Source: Methanoregula sp.
Lineage (GTDB): Archaea > Halobacteriota > Methanomicrobia > Methanomicrobiales > Methanospirillaceae
Reading direction: 5' to 3'
Assembly (NCBI GenBank): GCA_039698055.1
Contig: JBDKTL010000048.1
Span: 1-64,000, forward strand
DNA length: 64,000 bases
The position numbers and the translations under genes are program-made. Under the pieces are notes generated by a model. The model was not told the origin of the DNA, ran no database searches, and was given only the letters and a program-made list of their open reading frames with translations. How positions within the stretch are numbered: position 1 is the first letter of the stretch; each line of letters opens with the position of its first letter. Of the stretch, positions 10,974-23,000 are shown piece by piece.

Positions 10974-12230
10974 CCTTTTTAGGTGGGTAAAGTACTATTT
11001 TAGCCCCCAATTTTTTTTAATAAAATCTTCCGATAATACCATTCAAATCAATCATTTTAACGCTTCTAGGGGCTTCGGCAATGCCTCCGCTCCCGCTATC
11101 GTTGCCGGTTGCACCGGGCTGGTTCTTTGGGTGAAATCCAAAAAGAAGAAGGTGAGGTGGTAAAGAAAAACTGGGACAGCCGTTATGATCATCTCCTCTT
11201 TGGTTCAGGGAATTCCGGTGCTTATCGCTGACACCCGATGCTGGGCAACCCGGCTTCTCTCTGTTGACCAAAACGAAGGATATGTCTTTGAATTGGCGAA
11301 ATAAACGGTATAATCCGCCAGATTCGGGTTGTCGGAAATCCGGTCAATAATTGTTGTTTATTTGCGAAAATACGCCATTTTAGTGCCCCATATAACTCAC
11401 TTTCCCGGCCCGCCAGGGCTTTTTCCGCGCCCCTCATTTTCCGGACAACCAATTGCCCGTTTTGACAAAGGAATGCCGCTAAAACGCCAATATACGAACC
11501 GTTTATTTTGTCCGTTTTCCAAAATTAGCCCAATTTAAGGTTGTTTTGAAACGGAGCCCGATAGAGACTCCTTTTGGATCCGGATCGTGCCAATCGGAGC
11601 CCAAAACGAGCCCGGATTATCTCAACGGGATCAGGATCCAAATACCCTTGCAAATCCAGTAATCACACCGAAGGGAGCACGCAATCACCGGCCCTTCATT
11701 CATCCGATCATAACACATGCTTGCGTTTAGAAAGGAGACTCAGGGATATGTGCATCTTTAGTGGATGGTGAGGCTACCATAATCTGCTCTCTGGGGAAAA
11801 ACTCCCATGATCACCTGCGAAAAGAAAATTTCTCGCGGAAGATGATCTTTTACTGGACGATCACACCAGAGTGGGTGCTTCCGCGGAGAGGGCAACGGTA
11901 TTCATGCCGCAGCCCCTAAAAAGAATGTCAATCGATTAATGAGTTCTACACCGGGCCCACAAACAGGAGTCGACGCCCGGTTTTTCCGGAAGTGCCGGAT
12001 CATTACGGAATTTCATACGGGTAGTGTAGATATTGTGTACACTATAATTTCGTTACAATGTACCAGTACCCCGGCTCAGTATTACTAATTTCTATTTAGT
12101 AAAATTTTTTGCTATACTTTTTTAAAAAGGTAATAAATAGATGGAGCACCCATGCCCCACTGTTCGCAACTGGTTTAGCCGGTACGCTTATGCCTGCCCG
12201 TAACCGGTATTGCGGACAGGAACATGGAAT

Positions 12231-13802
12231 ATGAAAACAACAAGAACAGAAAGCAGACTCGGCAGGTTTTCGTACCTGCTCAAGGGCGGAGCGAAACCGC
12301 GCAGGAACCACGCGCTGATGATCGCGCTGGTGTTCGTGGCGCTCCTTGCGTTCACCGGCGTGGTGTCGGCGGATCCTTACTATAAAGGGGAACTGCTTGC
12401 AACGAACTCAAGTATATCCGGTAGCATTTATGGTGATGTCTGGTTCCAGGGAAGTGATACCTGGACGACCCCGGACAACATTATAACAGATTCCGCTACG
12501 GCAACATTCACAGGAATCCCGGCAACTGGCAGCAATGTTTCATGGGCACGGTTATACGTTGTGGTCTATCAGGGGAACATGACGGCGAATTACTACGGGA
12601 ACGAGACAATCACGTTTGGAGGCACGACACTTGCAAACGCTCAGCCTCTCCACCTCGCGTATGACAGAACCGTAGGAGCCACTCATGCAAATCCAGTTCC
12701 CGCCGGCGGCTATTTCGTCGACTTGAACCGTGTCACGAGTGACTATGTTAACGTGTTCGATGTGACGAGCCTCATCAACAGTCCGACCATCACCGCTAAC
12801 ATCCAGACCTGGAATGAGTCTAATTCAGATTTCCAGGCCGGCTTCGGGAGATTCGATGGCAGGACCAAAGCGGCCGTGCTCGCTATCGGTTATAAGGATG
12901 GGCGCAGCTGTCCAACCTATTACTGGGTAAACGAGGGACATGACACTGTTACCTATAACTGGACCAACCCGCAGTATATCAGCAACACGACGTTTGGCAC
13001 TTCAACAATTCCAACCTCGTGGACCGCTGCAAAGCTGACGGAAATATCCCTGGCGACTGCGAATGGAACATATACATTCGATCCTGTGAGCACATCTCAG
13101 GCCTTCACTACACTCACCAACCCTATTGCATCCTTCACTCCTCCGACAAACCATTACTATGGGTATAACACATGGGACGTAACCTCCCGTGGGTCAGCAG
13201 GTGTGGACAGTCTGTTCACGTACAACCGGACAGGGAATTATTACAAGATTCCTCTTGCAATCTTGACCGTCAGGGCCCCGACACTCTACGACTTCTCGGG
13301 AAACTACTCCGGTGTAGTGGGTAGTACCTTGTTTGCTTACCAAGGTAATGTTTCTGCAAACCCGCCGACGTCAGTAATCGTACCGTCAACAATATTTTCA
13401 AGCTCAGATTATTCCAGGATCGCTCTTTATGACAATCTACGTTCCTCTCAGACAGAACATGTAGATTATGCAGCTCACCGGTTCAACTTCACGATCAACG
13501 AGGCTGCTGGTGATGTAACGAACCTCACAGCAACTTGGATTGGTAGAGGTAATGGGGGTGTACCATATAACGGTGCAAAACTGTACATCTGGAACTGGGC
13601 AACCAGCAGTTATGAGTTCCTCCAATCATCCTCTAGTACAAGTGATGAAACCCTCTCTGGCTCCGAGACTACAAGTCTCAGTAATTACATCAACAGTGAC
13701 AAGAAAGTGATCCTTCTCGTGGTACAGAATAGGCAAGCAGGCGGGGGGACGTCATCAAGACTTGACTCGAATTACGTCAGGCTGGTGGTTGTTGATCCAT
13801 AA
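12231..13802 (+). CDS. Secreted DUF3344 protein with C-terminal beta-rich domain
   Basis: ATG at 12231 after an AGGA-like site. Signal peptide ..TGVVSA, WARLYVVVYQG, NRVTSDY, FDGRTK, YWVNEGHD, YYKIPLA. No C-terminal anchor. Confidence 0.82.
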   Translation: MKTTRTESRLGRFSYLLKGGAKPRRNHALMIALVFVALLAFTGVVSADPYYKGELLATNSSISGSIYGDVWFQGSDTWTTPDNIITDSATATFTGIPATGSNVSWARLYVVVYQGNMTANYYGNETITFGGTTLANAQPLHLAYDRTVGATHANPVPAGGYFVDLNRVTSDYVNVFDVTSLINSPTITANIQTWNESNSDFQAGFGRFDGRTKAAVLAIGYKDGRSCPTYYWVNEGHDTVTYNWTNPQYISNTTFGTSTIPTSWTAAKLTEISLATANGTYTFDPVSTSQAFTTLTNPIASFTPPTNHYYGYNTWDVTSRGSAGVDSLFTYNRTGNYYKIPLAILTVRAPTLYDFSGNYSGVVGSTLFAYQGNVSANPPTSVIVPSTIFSSSDYSRIALYDNLRSSQTEHVDYAAHRFNFTINEAAGDVTNLTATWIGRGNGGVPYNGAKLYIWNWATSSYEFLQSSSSTSDETLSGSETTSLSNYINSDKKVILLVVQNRQAGGGTSSRLDSNYVRLVVVDP

Positions 13803-14071
13803 CTCAATCCAAATTTCACTTTTTTCAGTGTTACTTCGTATCACCGGTCAATGAGTATTTCACCTATGTATCCTAGGGATAATAATACTCCATTTACGCA
13901 AGTGGCCCCGTTAGAATCTACTGATATTAGATAGTCAGCCTCGTAAAGTCTCCACTATTCACATCAAAAAAAAAGGATAAGTTTAAAAGCACCCCAATTA
14001 TGCAAATCGAAATTAGTTTAGAAAGATATTAATTATTCACACCAAAATAACATTAATGTGTTGTTTGTGCT

Positions 14072-17000
14072 ATGAAAATATTATTTTCTAATAAGATTAA
14101 ACGGAAAGCCGCTGATTTGAACTTTTATAAAAGTTACGGAAAATCCGACCTATATCGCGCAGTGCCGGTTTGTCTTATCGGATTGATTCTCTGTCTCATG
14201 CTACTAGCCGCTCCAGTAGCAGCTGCAACTCTGATCGTTGCAGCGGATGGATCCGGGAGTTATCCCGATATTCAATCAGCAATTGATGCCGCATCCCCGG
14301 GTGATACAATCTTTGTCAAGGCCGGGGCATATACCACTACATCAGGGATTTACATCTATAAACCGGATCTCGCTATTATCGGTGAGGGTGCCGATAAAGT
14401 CACAGTGACGATAGAGGATTATAATAATCTCTACATCGGTTGGGATCAAGATGAGAATGTTGTTGATGCTTCAGGGATGCGATTGGAAGGAATCACCTTT
14501 GCTGGGGATACGTCTATTGAATTAGAACAGGCATCCCATACGCTCATCGCTAACAATATTTTCCCTAAAATTGAGATATATCCAAATGAGATAGGTTCGT
14601 GTCCTTTCAACATTATCCGGAATAACACCATTTCCTCTGTTACTATACTGAGTGATTCTACGGTAATCGAGAACAATATTATCCAGTCAAATGGAGGTTA
14701 TACACTTTATATTGGAAGTGGTAATAATACCATCCGGAATAATATAATTGGTAACAATGCCGGTATTAATATCTACCTTGATTCAGACAGCGGATATTCG
14801 CCTTATGACGACAACGTTTTCTACATGAATACCATCTCCGGGAATGGTGCGCCTGTAACATTCTCTGGAAACCTTCCACCCCACACTACTTGGGTCTCCC
14901 CGGGGCCCATTACTTACACGTACAATGGTGCGAGTTATACCACGGTTATGGGGAATTACTGGGGTAGTAATTACACCGATCCTGATGCTGATGCAAATGG
15001 TGATGGCATTGGGGGGGCCCCATTCACAATTCCCGGCGGCCTCGGGAGCGATACTGCACCCCTGATGGATCCGGTTTTGAACTATATAATTGGCGGATCA
15101 TCAGCCCCGACCCTGACCACAATCACCCTCTCTCCCTCAACAGCAAGTCTCACATCAGGAGGAACGCAACAGTTCACCGCTATCGCAAAAGACCAGAGTG
15201 GCGACTCCATATCCAATGTTCTTTTCATATGGTCCTGCGATAATACAACAGTCGGGACGATAGATGCAACCACAGGGCTATTCACAGCAATCACGGAAGG
15301 TCCTGCAAACATCACCGCAACAAACGGAACAATCTCCGGAACAGCAAAGGTGACCGTGTCTGCTCTGGCCCCAGATCTTATTCCCGTCTCAATTACATCA
15401 GGTACTTTGGTAGCCGGACAGGCCGTGACGGTGAGTGTAACGATCCAAAATATCGGTACCGCTGCTGCAGGGGCATTCAACGTTACACTGCTATCAAGCG
15501 GAACTGAAGTCAACAGAACTGCTGTGGCATCTCTTGGCGTTGCAGAATCACGCGACGTTACCATGCTATGGACTCCCTCATCGACCAGCCCGGTAACGCT
15601 ATCCGCTGTTCTCAACCCAGATGGATCCCTCATCGAAACTAATACGACGAACAATACGATCTCAAAATCGGTGACAGTACTCACCCAGTCTACAGATCTC
15701 ACAGTGACCTCTGCCTCATATGCAACCGCCTTTGCCCACTACAATAATACGGTCACCGCAACGATCCGGAACTCCGGCACCCAGGACGTCGGAGCGTTCA
15801 ACGTCACATTCACTGTTGGCGGGAATACGACAACAATGAATATATCCTCGCTTGCCGCAGGAAGCAGCACAACCCTGAACCTTCTCGACACCGTGGACCG
15901 GCACGTGGGTGACACGGTATCGGCATCCGTTACCGTGGACCCCGAAAATGCCATTGCCGAATCCAATGAGGCCAACAACCAGTACACCACTTCGGCGACC
16001 ATGATCTATAACGGCTATGCCGGCGAGCGGTGGGGGGATGGCCCGGATATCACGACAAAAAAGGTCTATGACATTCATGGCGATACGATCTATTCTATGG
16101 GGGACAGCGTATACGGGGGGGATCAGACTGACCACTGGACTGCAAGCGACCTTCCCCTCCCACCCGGAGCGACCGTAAAGGAGGCGCGATTGTATACGCC
16201 GTATACCTGGGACTATGTGGAGTGGATGCCGGATCAGGAAATCATAACATTCAACAATAATATTGTACAGTATGACACCCAGTACCGGGATATGAAAAAC
16301 TGGGGTACGTGGGCGAACTATGCCTACGGTTCGATTGTGTACAACGTGACAGACCTTTTCAACCCCACCGGTAACACGGCGACGTTGTCATTCAAGATGG
16401 CCGGCTATGTACCCATCCGTGGCATGACACTGGTTGTCACGTATGAAGATCTGAATGCAACCGAGAAACAGATCTTCATCAATGACGGGTTTGATATTCT
16501 GTATGCCTCTCCAAGTTTTTACACCACTGATGAAACGGCTACTGCCTACGCCCCGTTTGCCGGTCCCGATATTAATATGAGCAAGGTGACGAAAGCGACC
16601 CTCACTACCATCATAACCCGGGGGGGCGATGGAACAAGAGGTGCCATGCTCTTCAATGGTGTGACTTATCCGGATTACTGGGTTAGGACTCAAGCGGAGA
16701 TGGCAGCAAAAACCTTGGATGTTACAGCCAATCTGACTGCCACCAACAATGTGGCAATGTTCAGGAGCCAGACAAAAGATAACATGGACATGGAACCCTA
16801 CCTCGCGATCCTCAAAGTCGAGTACCGGGGAGAGGCAACCGCCCCGGTCGCCGGTTTCACCGCGACTCCGACAAACGGCCCCGCCCCGCTCACCGTCACG
16901 TTCACCGACACCTCGACCGGGACACCAGCCAGCTGGGCCTGGGATTTCGGGGATGAGGACAGCACGAATGCGACCGCCCGGAACCCGATCCACACGTACG

Positions 17001-20000
17001 CGGCAGCCGGTACCTACACGGTCAATCTCACCGTTACGAATTCCCAGGGCAGCAATACCGTAACGAAAACCGGGTACATCACGGCGGGAGCCGCAGTACC
17101 TGCCCCGGTCGCCGGGTTCAGCGCGACTCCGACTAACGGCACCGCACCGTTCACCGTGACATTCACCGACACCTCGACCAATTCGCCGACCAGCTGGCTC
17201 TGGGATTTCGGCGATGGCAACACCACCAACGCCACCGTACAGAACCCGGTCCACACCTATGCGTCAGCCGGGTCGTATACCGTCAGCCTCACGGCAACAA
17301 ACGCCGGGGGCAGCAATTCTACCACAACGCCGGATTGCATCACGGTGACCACAACATCATCTGCCCCGGTTGCATCCTTCACCACCGATGCATCGGCAGG
17401 GCAGGTGCCCTTCACCGTGCACTTCACGGATACCTCAACCGGTACCCCAACCAGCTGGGCATGGAATTTCGGGGACGGATCGACCAGTACCGGACAGAAC
17501 CCGTCCCATACGTACGTGACCGCCGGGAGTTACACCGCAACACTCACCGCAACCGGGCCGGGTGGCAATTCTGTCGCACCGGCATCGATCACCGTCAGTG
17601 CACCGCTCACGTCCAACAGTTACAACGGAGGTATCCCACTGACAACCGCACAGAGCGGGACCGTATCCGGCGGCCTCTGGTATGACGCGTATCCCGGATT
17701 TGCCCCATCCGCCTCAAAGACATTCACGTTACCGGCCTACACGGACATTAAATGGGCCCGTCTCTACACGGTCGTCTACCTTGGCCACATGCAGAACAAC
17801 TACCGTGGCACGGTCACGATCAATATCGATGGGAATAACGACGGGACGAACGATCTGGTGGAACAGGAAACCTTCAACTCGACGTATTCATTCCCCGGGG
17901 ACGGCGGAACCGGCCCGGTCTGGCTCAACGATCACCTGAACCGGGTCACCAGCGATTACCTGATGTGGTATAATGTAACTGACACCATCACGGGTCAGCA
18001 GGTGAAGGTGCAGGCAACCACAGCAGACATCGATGCCAGTTTCGATGGCCGGATCAAGGCCATGGTTCTCGTGGTCGCCTACGATGACGGCGATGCCGAC
18101 CAGGTAGATTACTGGGTCAACCAGGGCCACGATACCGTGAACGCTGGCGATTCCGCATATCACCAGTATACCGGCTCGACTACGTTCGGCACATCTTCAC
18201 TCGCGAGTGGCTGGACTGCCGCAAACCTCTCCACCATGTACCTGGCAAGCGATAACGGTATCTACACGTTCCGGGGAAGTTCGCTGACATCCGGCACGCC
18301 ACAGGGGCCCTATTTCGGCACCAATACCTGGGATGTCAGTTCCCTGCTCTTACCCGGCCAGGACAGTACCCTGACGTATAACCGGACCACGGACTATTAC
18401 AAGATCCCACTTAGTTTCCTTTCCGTCCGGTATGCCGGCTCGGCTCCAACGGTTCCACCCGTTGCCGGGTTCACCGCGACTCCGACTAACGGCACCGCAC
18501 CGTTCACCGTGACATTCACCGACACCTCGACCAATTCGCCGACCAGCTGGCTCTGGGACTTCGGTGACAGCAACACCACCAACGCCACCGTGCAGAACCC
18601 GGTCCACACCTATGCTTCAGCAGGTACCTACACCGTCAACCTCACCGCAACGAATGCCGGTGGATCCGACAGCGAACTCAAAGACGGGTACATCACCGTC
18701 ACCGGTTCCGGTGGCGGTCTGGCACCAATAGCGATATTCATGGCAGATGTGAATTCCGGGACGGCTCCGCTGACCGTCAACTTCACGGACGTCTCGGATA
18801 ACTCACCAACCAGCTGGCTCTGGGACTTCGGCGACGGCAACATCTCGACCGTCCAGAACCCGACGCACACCTATGTCTCCGCAGGGTCCTACAACATCAA
18901 CCTCACGGTTACGAACTCGGCCGGCACCAACAGCAACCTGATTCCGGACTTCATCACGGTCACCGGAGGATCGACAGCCATCGCACCGGTCGCAGCATTC
19001 AGTGCGAATGTAACAGCCGGTGTTGCCCCGATGGCAGTCCGGTTCACCGACCAGTCCACCAACTCCCCAACTGCATGGGCATGGGACTTCAACAATGACG
19101 GAACCATCGACAACACTGAGCAGAATCCGGAGTATACATACACAACCGCTGGCATATACACGGTAAAACTGACCGTCACGAATACCGGTGGCACCAACGT
19201 GACAGTCAAGGCGAATTCCATCGGGGCATCCGGCGGGAAACAACCGCTTGCAACCACCAGGGACGGTACCGTTTCCGGTGACCTGTATATCGGAGCATAC
19301 CAGCCGGTCGCATGGAGCAACCAGCCCAACACTGTCGGTGTGAAAATATTCAACCAGAGTTACACGATCCCCGCAAACACCGGCATCCAGTGGGCCCGGC
19401 TCTATGCGGTAGTCTATGGATCAAGTTCAGATAACCGGCTTGGACGCGCAACCGTCTCGTTCGACGGGAACGGTGACAGCACATACGAGACTGCTCTTGG
19501 GACTGAAGATCTGGGAATCCCGTCAGCAAACAGCGGGTATGCGTACCGGGTAAACGACCACGTTAACAAGGTCTACACGGATTACCTGTTGTGGTACGAT
19601 GTCACCAACGATATCAGCAACCAGACCGTGAACGCCCGGATACAGACTGAAAACGTTAACAGTTCATCGTTTGACGGCCGACTCAAGACCCTCACGCTGG
19701 TCGTCGCCTACAATGACGGAGATTCCGATCAGGTCCGGTATTTCGTCAACGACGGCCATGCATACCAGGGCAGTACGGATCCTGCCGGCCAGACCGTCTT
19801 TGGGACCGCTGCAATCCCGGCCGGCTGGTCAAAGGCCACCCTCTCGGCAGTCCACGTCTCCAGCAAGGATGCCACGTATACTTTCAACAGCCAGCAGTAT
19901 GCCGGGACAGACCCGGTCTCGCCTTTCAATTCTTTTGGATATGACCAGTGGGACGTTACATCTTCTCTTCCCACCGGGACGGACAGTACACTTACCTTTA

Positions 20001-23000
20001 ACCGCACCGGTATTTCGTTCAAAACACCCCTTACCTCTCTCACTATCCGGTATACCGGCACGACCCCCATAGTCCCACCCGTTGCCGGATTCATAGCTAA
20101 CACAACTACCGGGACAGCACCGCTTGCAGTCCGGTTCACCGATCAGTCCACCAACTCCCCAACTGCATGGGCATGGGACTTCAACAACGATGGAATTGTT
20201 GACAGCACCGCACAGAACACCACATACACTTACACAACCACCGGCACGTATGCCGTCAACCTGACCGTAACCAACGCCGGAGGTTCGAACAGTACGGTTA
20301 AACTGGGGTACGTCAGGGTCACCGCTCCGGGAGGAGACTACGACCTTACAATTTCCGGTGGAATCATCCTGACCCAATCACCGACCGAGTTGCCCCTCTT
20401 TGCCCGGGAGAGCAACCTGGTCCGGATCGTCTCAATCACGAACCTCGGGACTACTCAGTCGCCTGTAACGGAAGTCGAGCTCCGGTCGAGTGACGGGCTG
20501 ATCAACCGGACTACTGTACCTGCCCTGAACAAAGGCGAGATCGCGACCGTCACGATCATCGATACGATAGCCCGGTCTACCGCAGGCACAACCGTAACGT
20601 ATACCGCGACCGTTGACCCGGATAACACCATTGCTGAGACAAACGAGACCAACAACGCGGTGACCAGCAGCTCCTATGTTGTTACGAACAACGGGTACAA
20701 GGGCAAGACGTACTGGGAGGGCCAGAGCAACCTGACCACCAAACGTTCCTGGGATCTCCATGGCGGCCTGGTGTATTCCGCTGGCGACAGCCAGTATATC
20801 TCCGGGGTATCCGGACGGAAATCCGGACTGCCGCCCCAGGGAAGTACCTGGACCAGTTACCCGGTGACCTGGACCGCAGGCAACCTGCCGGTCCCGGCCG
20901 GGGCTGCGATCCGAGAGGCCCGGCTCTACGTCCCCTACACATGGGATAATTCCAACCAGGCACCGGACAAGATCCACATCGATTTCAACAATGAACCTAT
21001 CCCGTACGAGGCCTGGTATCACGACAAGAGAAACTTCGGCGGCACCTATGCCGATTACGAATGGGGACTCCTGACCTACAACGTCACCAGCTGGTTCCTG
21101 AAAAACGATCGGAATACTGCGATCTTCACCCGGGATACCAGCAATACGAAGATCAGCCCGTACGGGTTTACTCTCGCAGTAATCTACGATGACCCGACGG
21201 CTACGAGGAAACAGATATTCTTAAACGAAGAGTTCGATCTGCTCGGTGTGGATGAGAACAAGTTTGGAACAACGTCCGAAGAAGCAACGGCTTACGTGCC
21301 ATTCACCGGCCAGATCGTCAACCCTGCGGACGTTAAGAACGCCACCCTGATAACCTTCGTCCCATCCGGCAACGGCCCTGAAGGCATCCTGCTCTTCAAC
21401 GGGAAGACCATTGGAACAAATGTCTGGGACTATGATTACGACGCTGACACCGAGGTTGCGATCGATTCCCGGGATGTAACCGTTCATCTCTTACCGGACG
21501 GGAACGAGGCCGCGATCCGCGAGACCGGTTCCAACCAGGCAACCATGGCCGCAGCACAGCAGTTCCTGGTTGTCGAATACAAATCTGCAATAACCGGTGA
21601 GCCTGTCGCCGCTTTCTCATCGAATGTGACTCGGGGGATCAAACCCCTAGCAGTCCAGTTCACGGATCTTTCGGCGGGTTCACCTACAAGCCGGTTCTGG
21701 GACTTTGGCGATAACACTAATGCAACCGAGATTAACCCGGTCCATGTTTACACGTCCTATGGCACCTACACGGTTTCACTTACGGTGACGAATGCGCAGG
21801 GGAATAATACCCTCACGAGAAGTTCTTTTATTACGGTAAGTAAACCCTCCACGGTCGCATCGTTCACGGTCAACAAAACGTCCGGTGACGCCCCGCTGAC
21901 CGCCGGGTTCAGCGACACGTCAGCCGGAGAGCCGGAATCATGGTCATGGACATTCGGGGACGGGTCCGGTTCTGCGGACCAGAACCCGGTCCATACGTAC
22001 TCATCAGCCGGCACCTATACGGTAACTCTCACGGCAACGAATGCTGCCGGTTCAACGACAGCTACAATCACCATTTCAGTCAACGCACGTACCATCGTGG
22101 ATCAATCCTTTGCCATCGAGAGCCTCACCACAACAAAGAATGACCTGGGCCAGAACGTCACAATCAACACAACAAATGCTACGGTTTCTGCAAACGGGAA
22201 ACAGGTAACGATGACGGGCATCGGCCATGGCTGGGACGCACTCGATATCACCATGACCGGGCTGCCGTTCAACGACAGTACCAGCCTCACCGGTACGGTC
22301 GCATCGGTCGTGGCTGTGGGAACACCGGTCACCATCCCCATCACGGATGTCGGAAACCCGTCCGTCAGTTATAACCTCACTCTCCTGGAAATACCGAACA
22401 GTACGGCACAAATCACCATGACGATAACAAAAGATCCCGACAGTGCTGCCCAGAGTGCGTTCACGCTCGCAGCAACCGGTGCGGGAAAACAGATTGACGC
22501 GATCGCATATACGGTACAGTTTGAAAAAACCCAGATTGCCAACAATGGCGAGGGGGGTATTATCCTCAACGCCACTATCGGCATGGCAGTAAGCCCTGCC
22601 TGGGTGGCAGATCATGGAGGGCGCGATCATATCGTGATCCTAAGGCGGGCCGATAATGGCAGTACCCAGTTCCTTGCCACGCAGTTTGAGGGAACTGATG
22701 CCAGTGGGAATGACTTATTTACGGCTCTCTCTCCTGAAGGGCTCTCGACGTTCATCATGTCGTCAGTTTCAACGGCCTCGTCCAATAGCGGGGGCAACGG
22801 GGGAAGCAGTGGCGGATCCAGCGGGAGCACGAGCAGCGGCGGAATAAGCAAAATTTCCGACAAGGATAGTGGAATTTTCGATTTCCGTGCTCTCCCGGCC
22901 ACTTCATTTGCATGGGTGGAAAAAACACCGGTAACAGAAAAAGGAAAACTTGAAATTACTCCCCTGACCGCCGATATCGAAACGATGCCGGAGATCCAAG

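Noticed and set aside
11574-12060. Short ORFs or IS remnant in the 11.6-12.0 kb spacer
   Set aside because: No transposase motif, terminal inverted repeats or coherent reading frame were recognised.
16840-22085. Repeats in the giant gene as a CRISPR array or diversity-generating retroelement TR/VR pair
   Set aside because: They are in-frame PKD domains. Mismatches are mostly synonymous C/T rather than adenine-specific, and there is no reverse transcriptase or cas gene.
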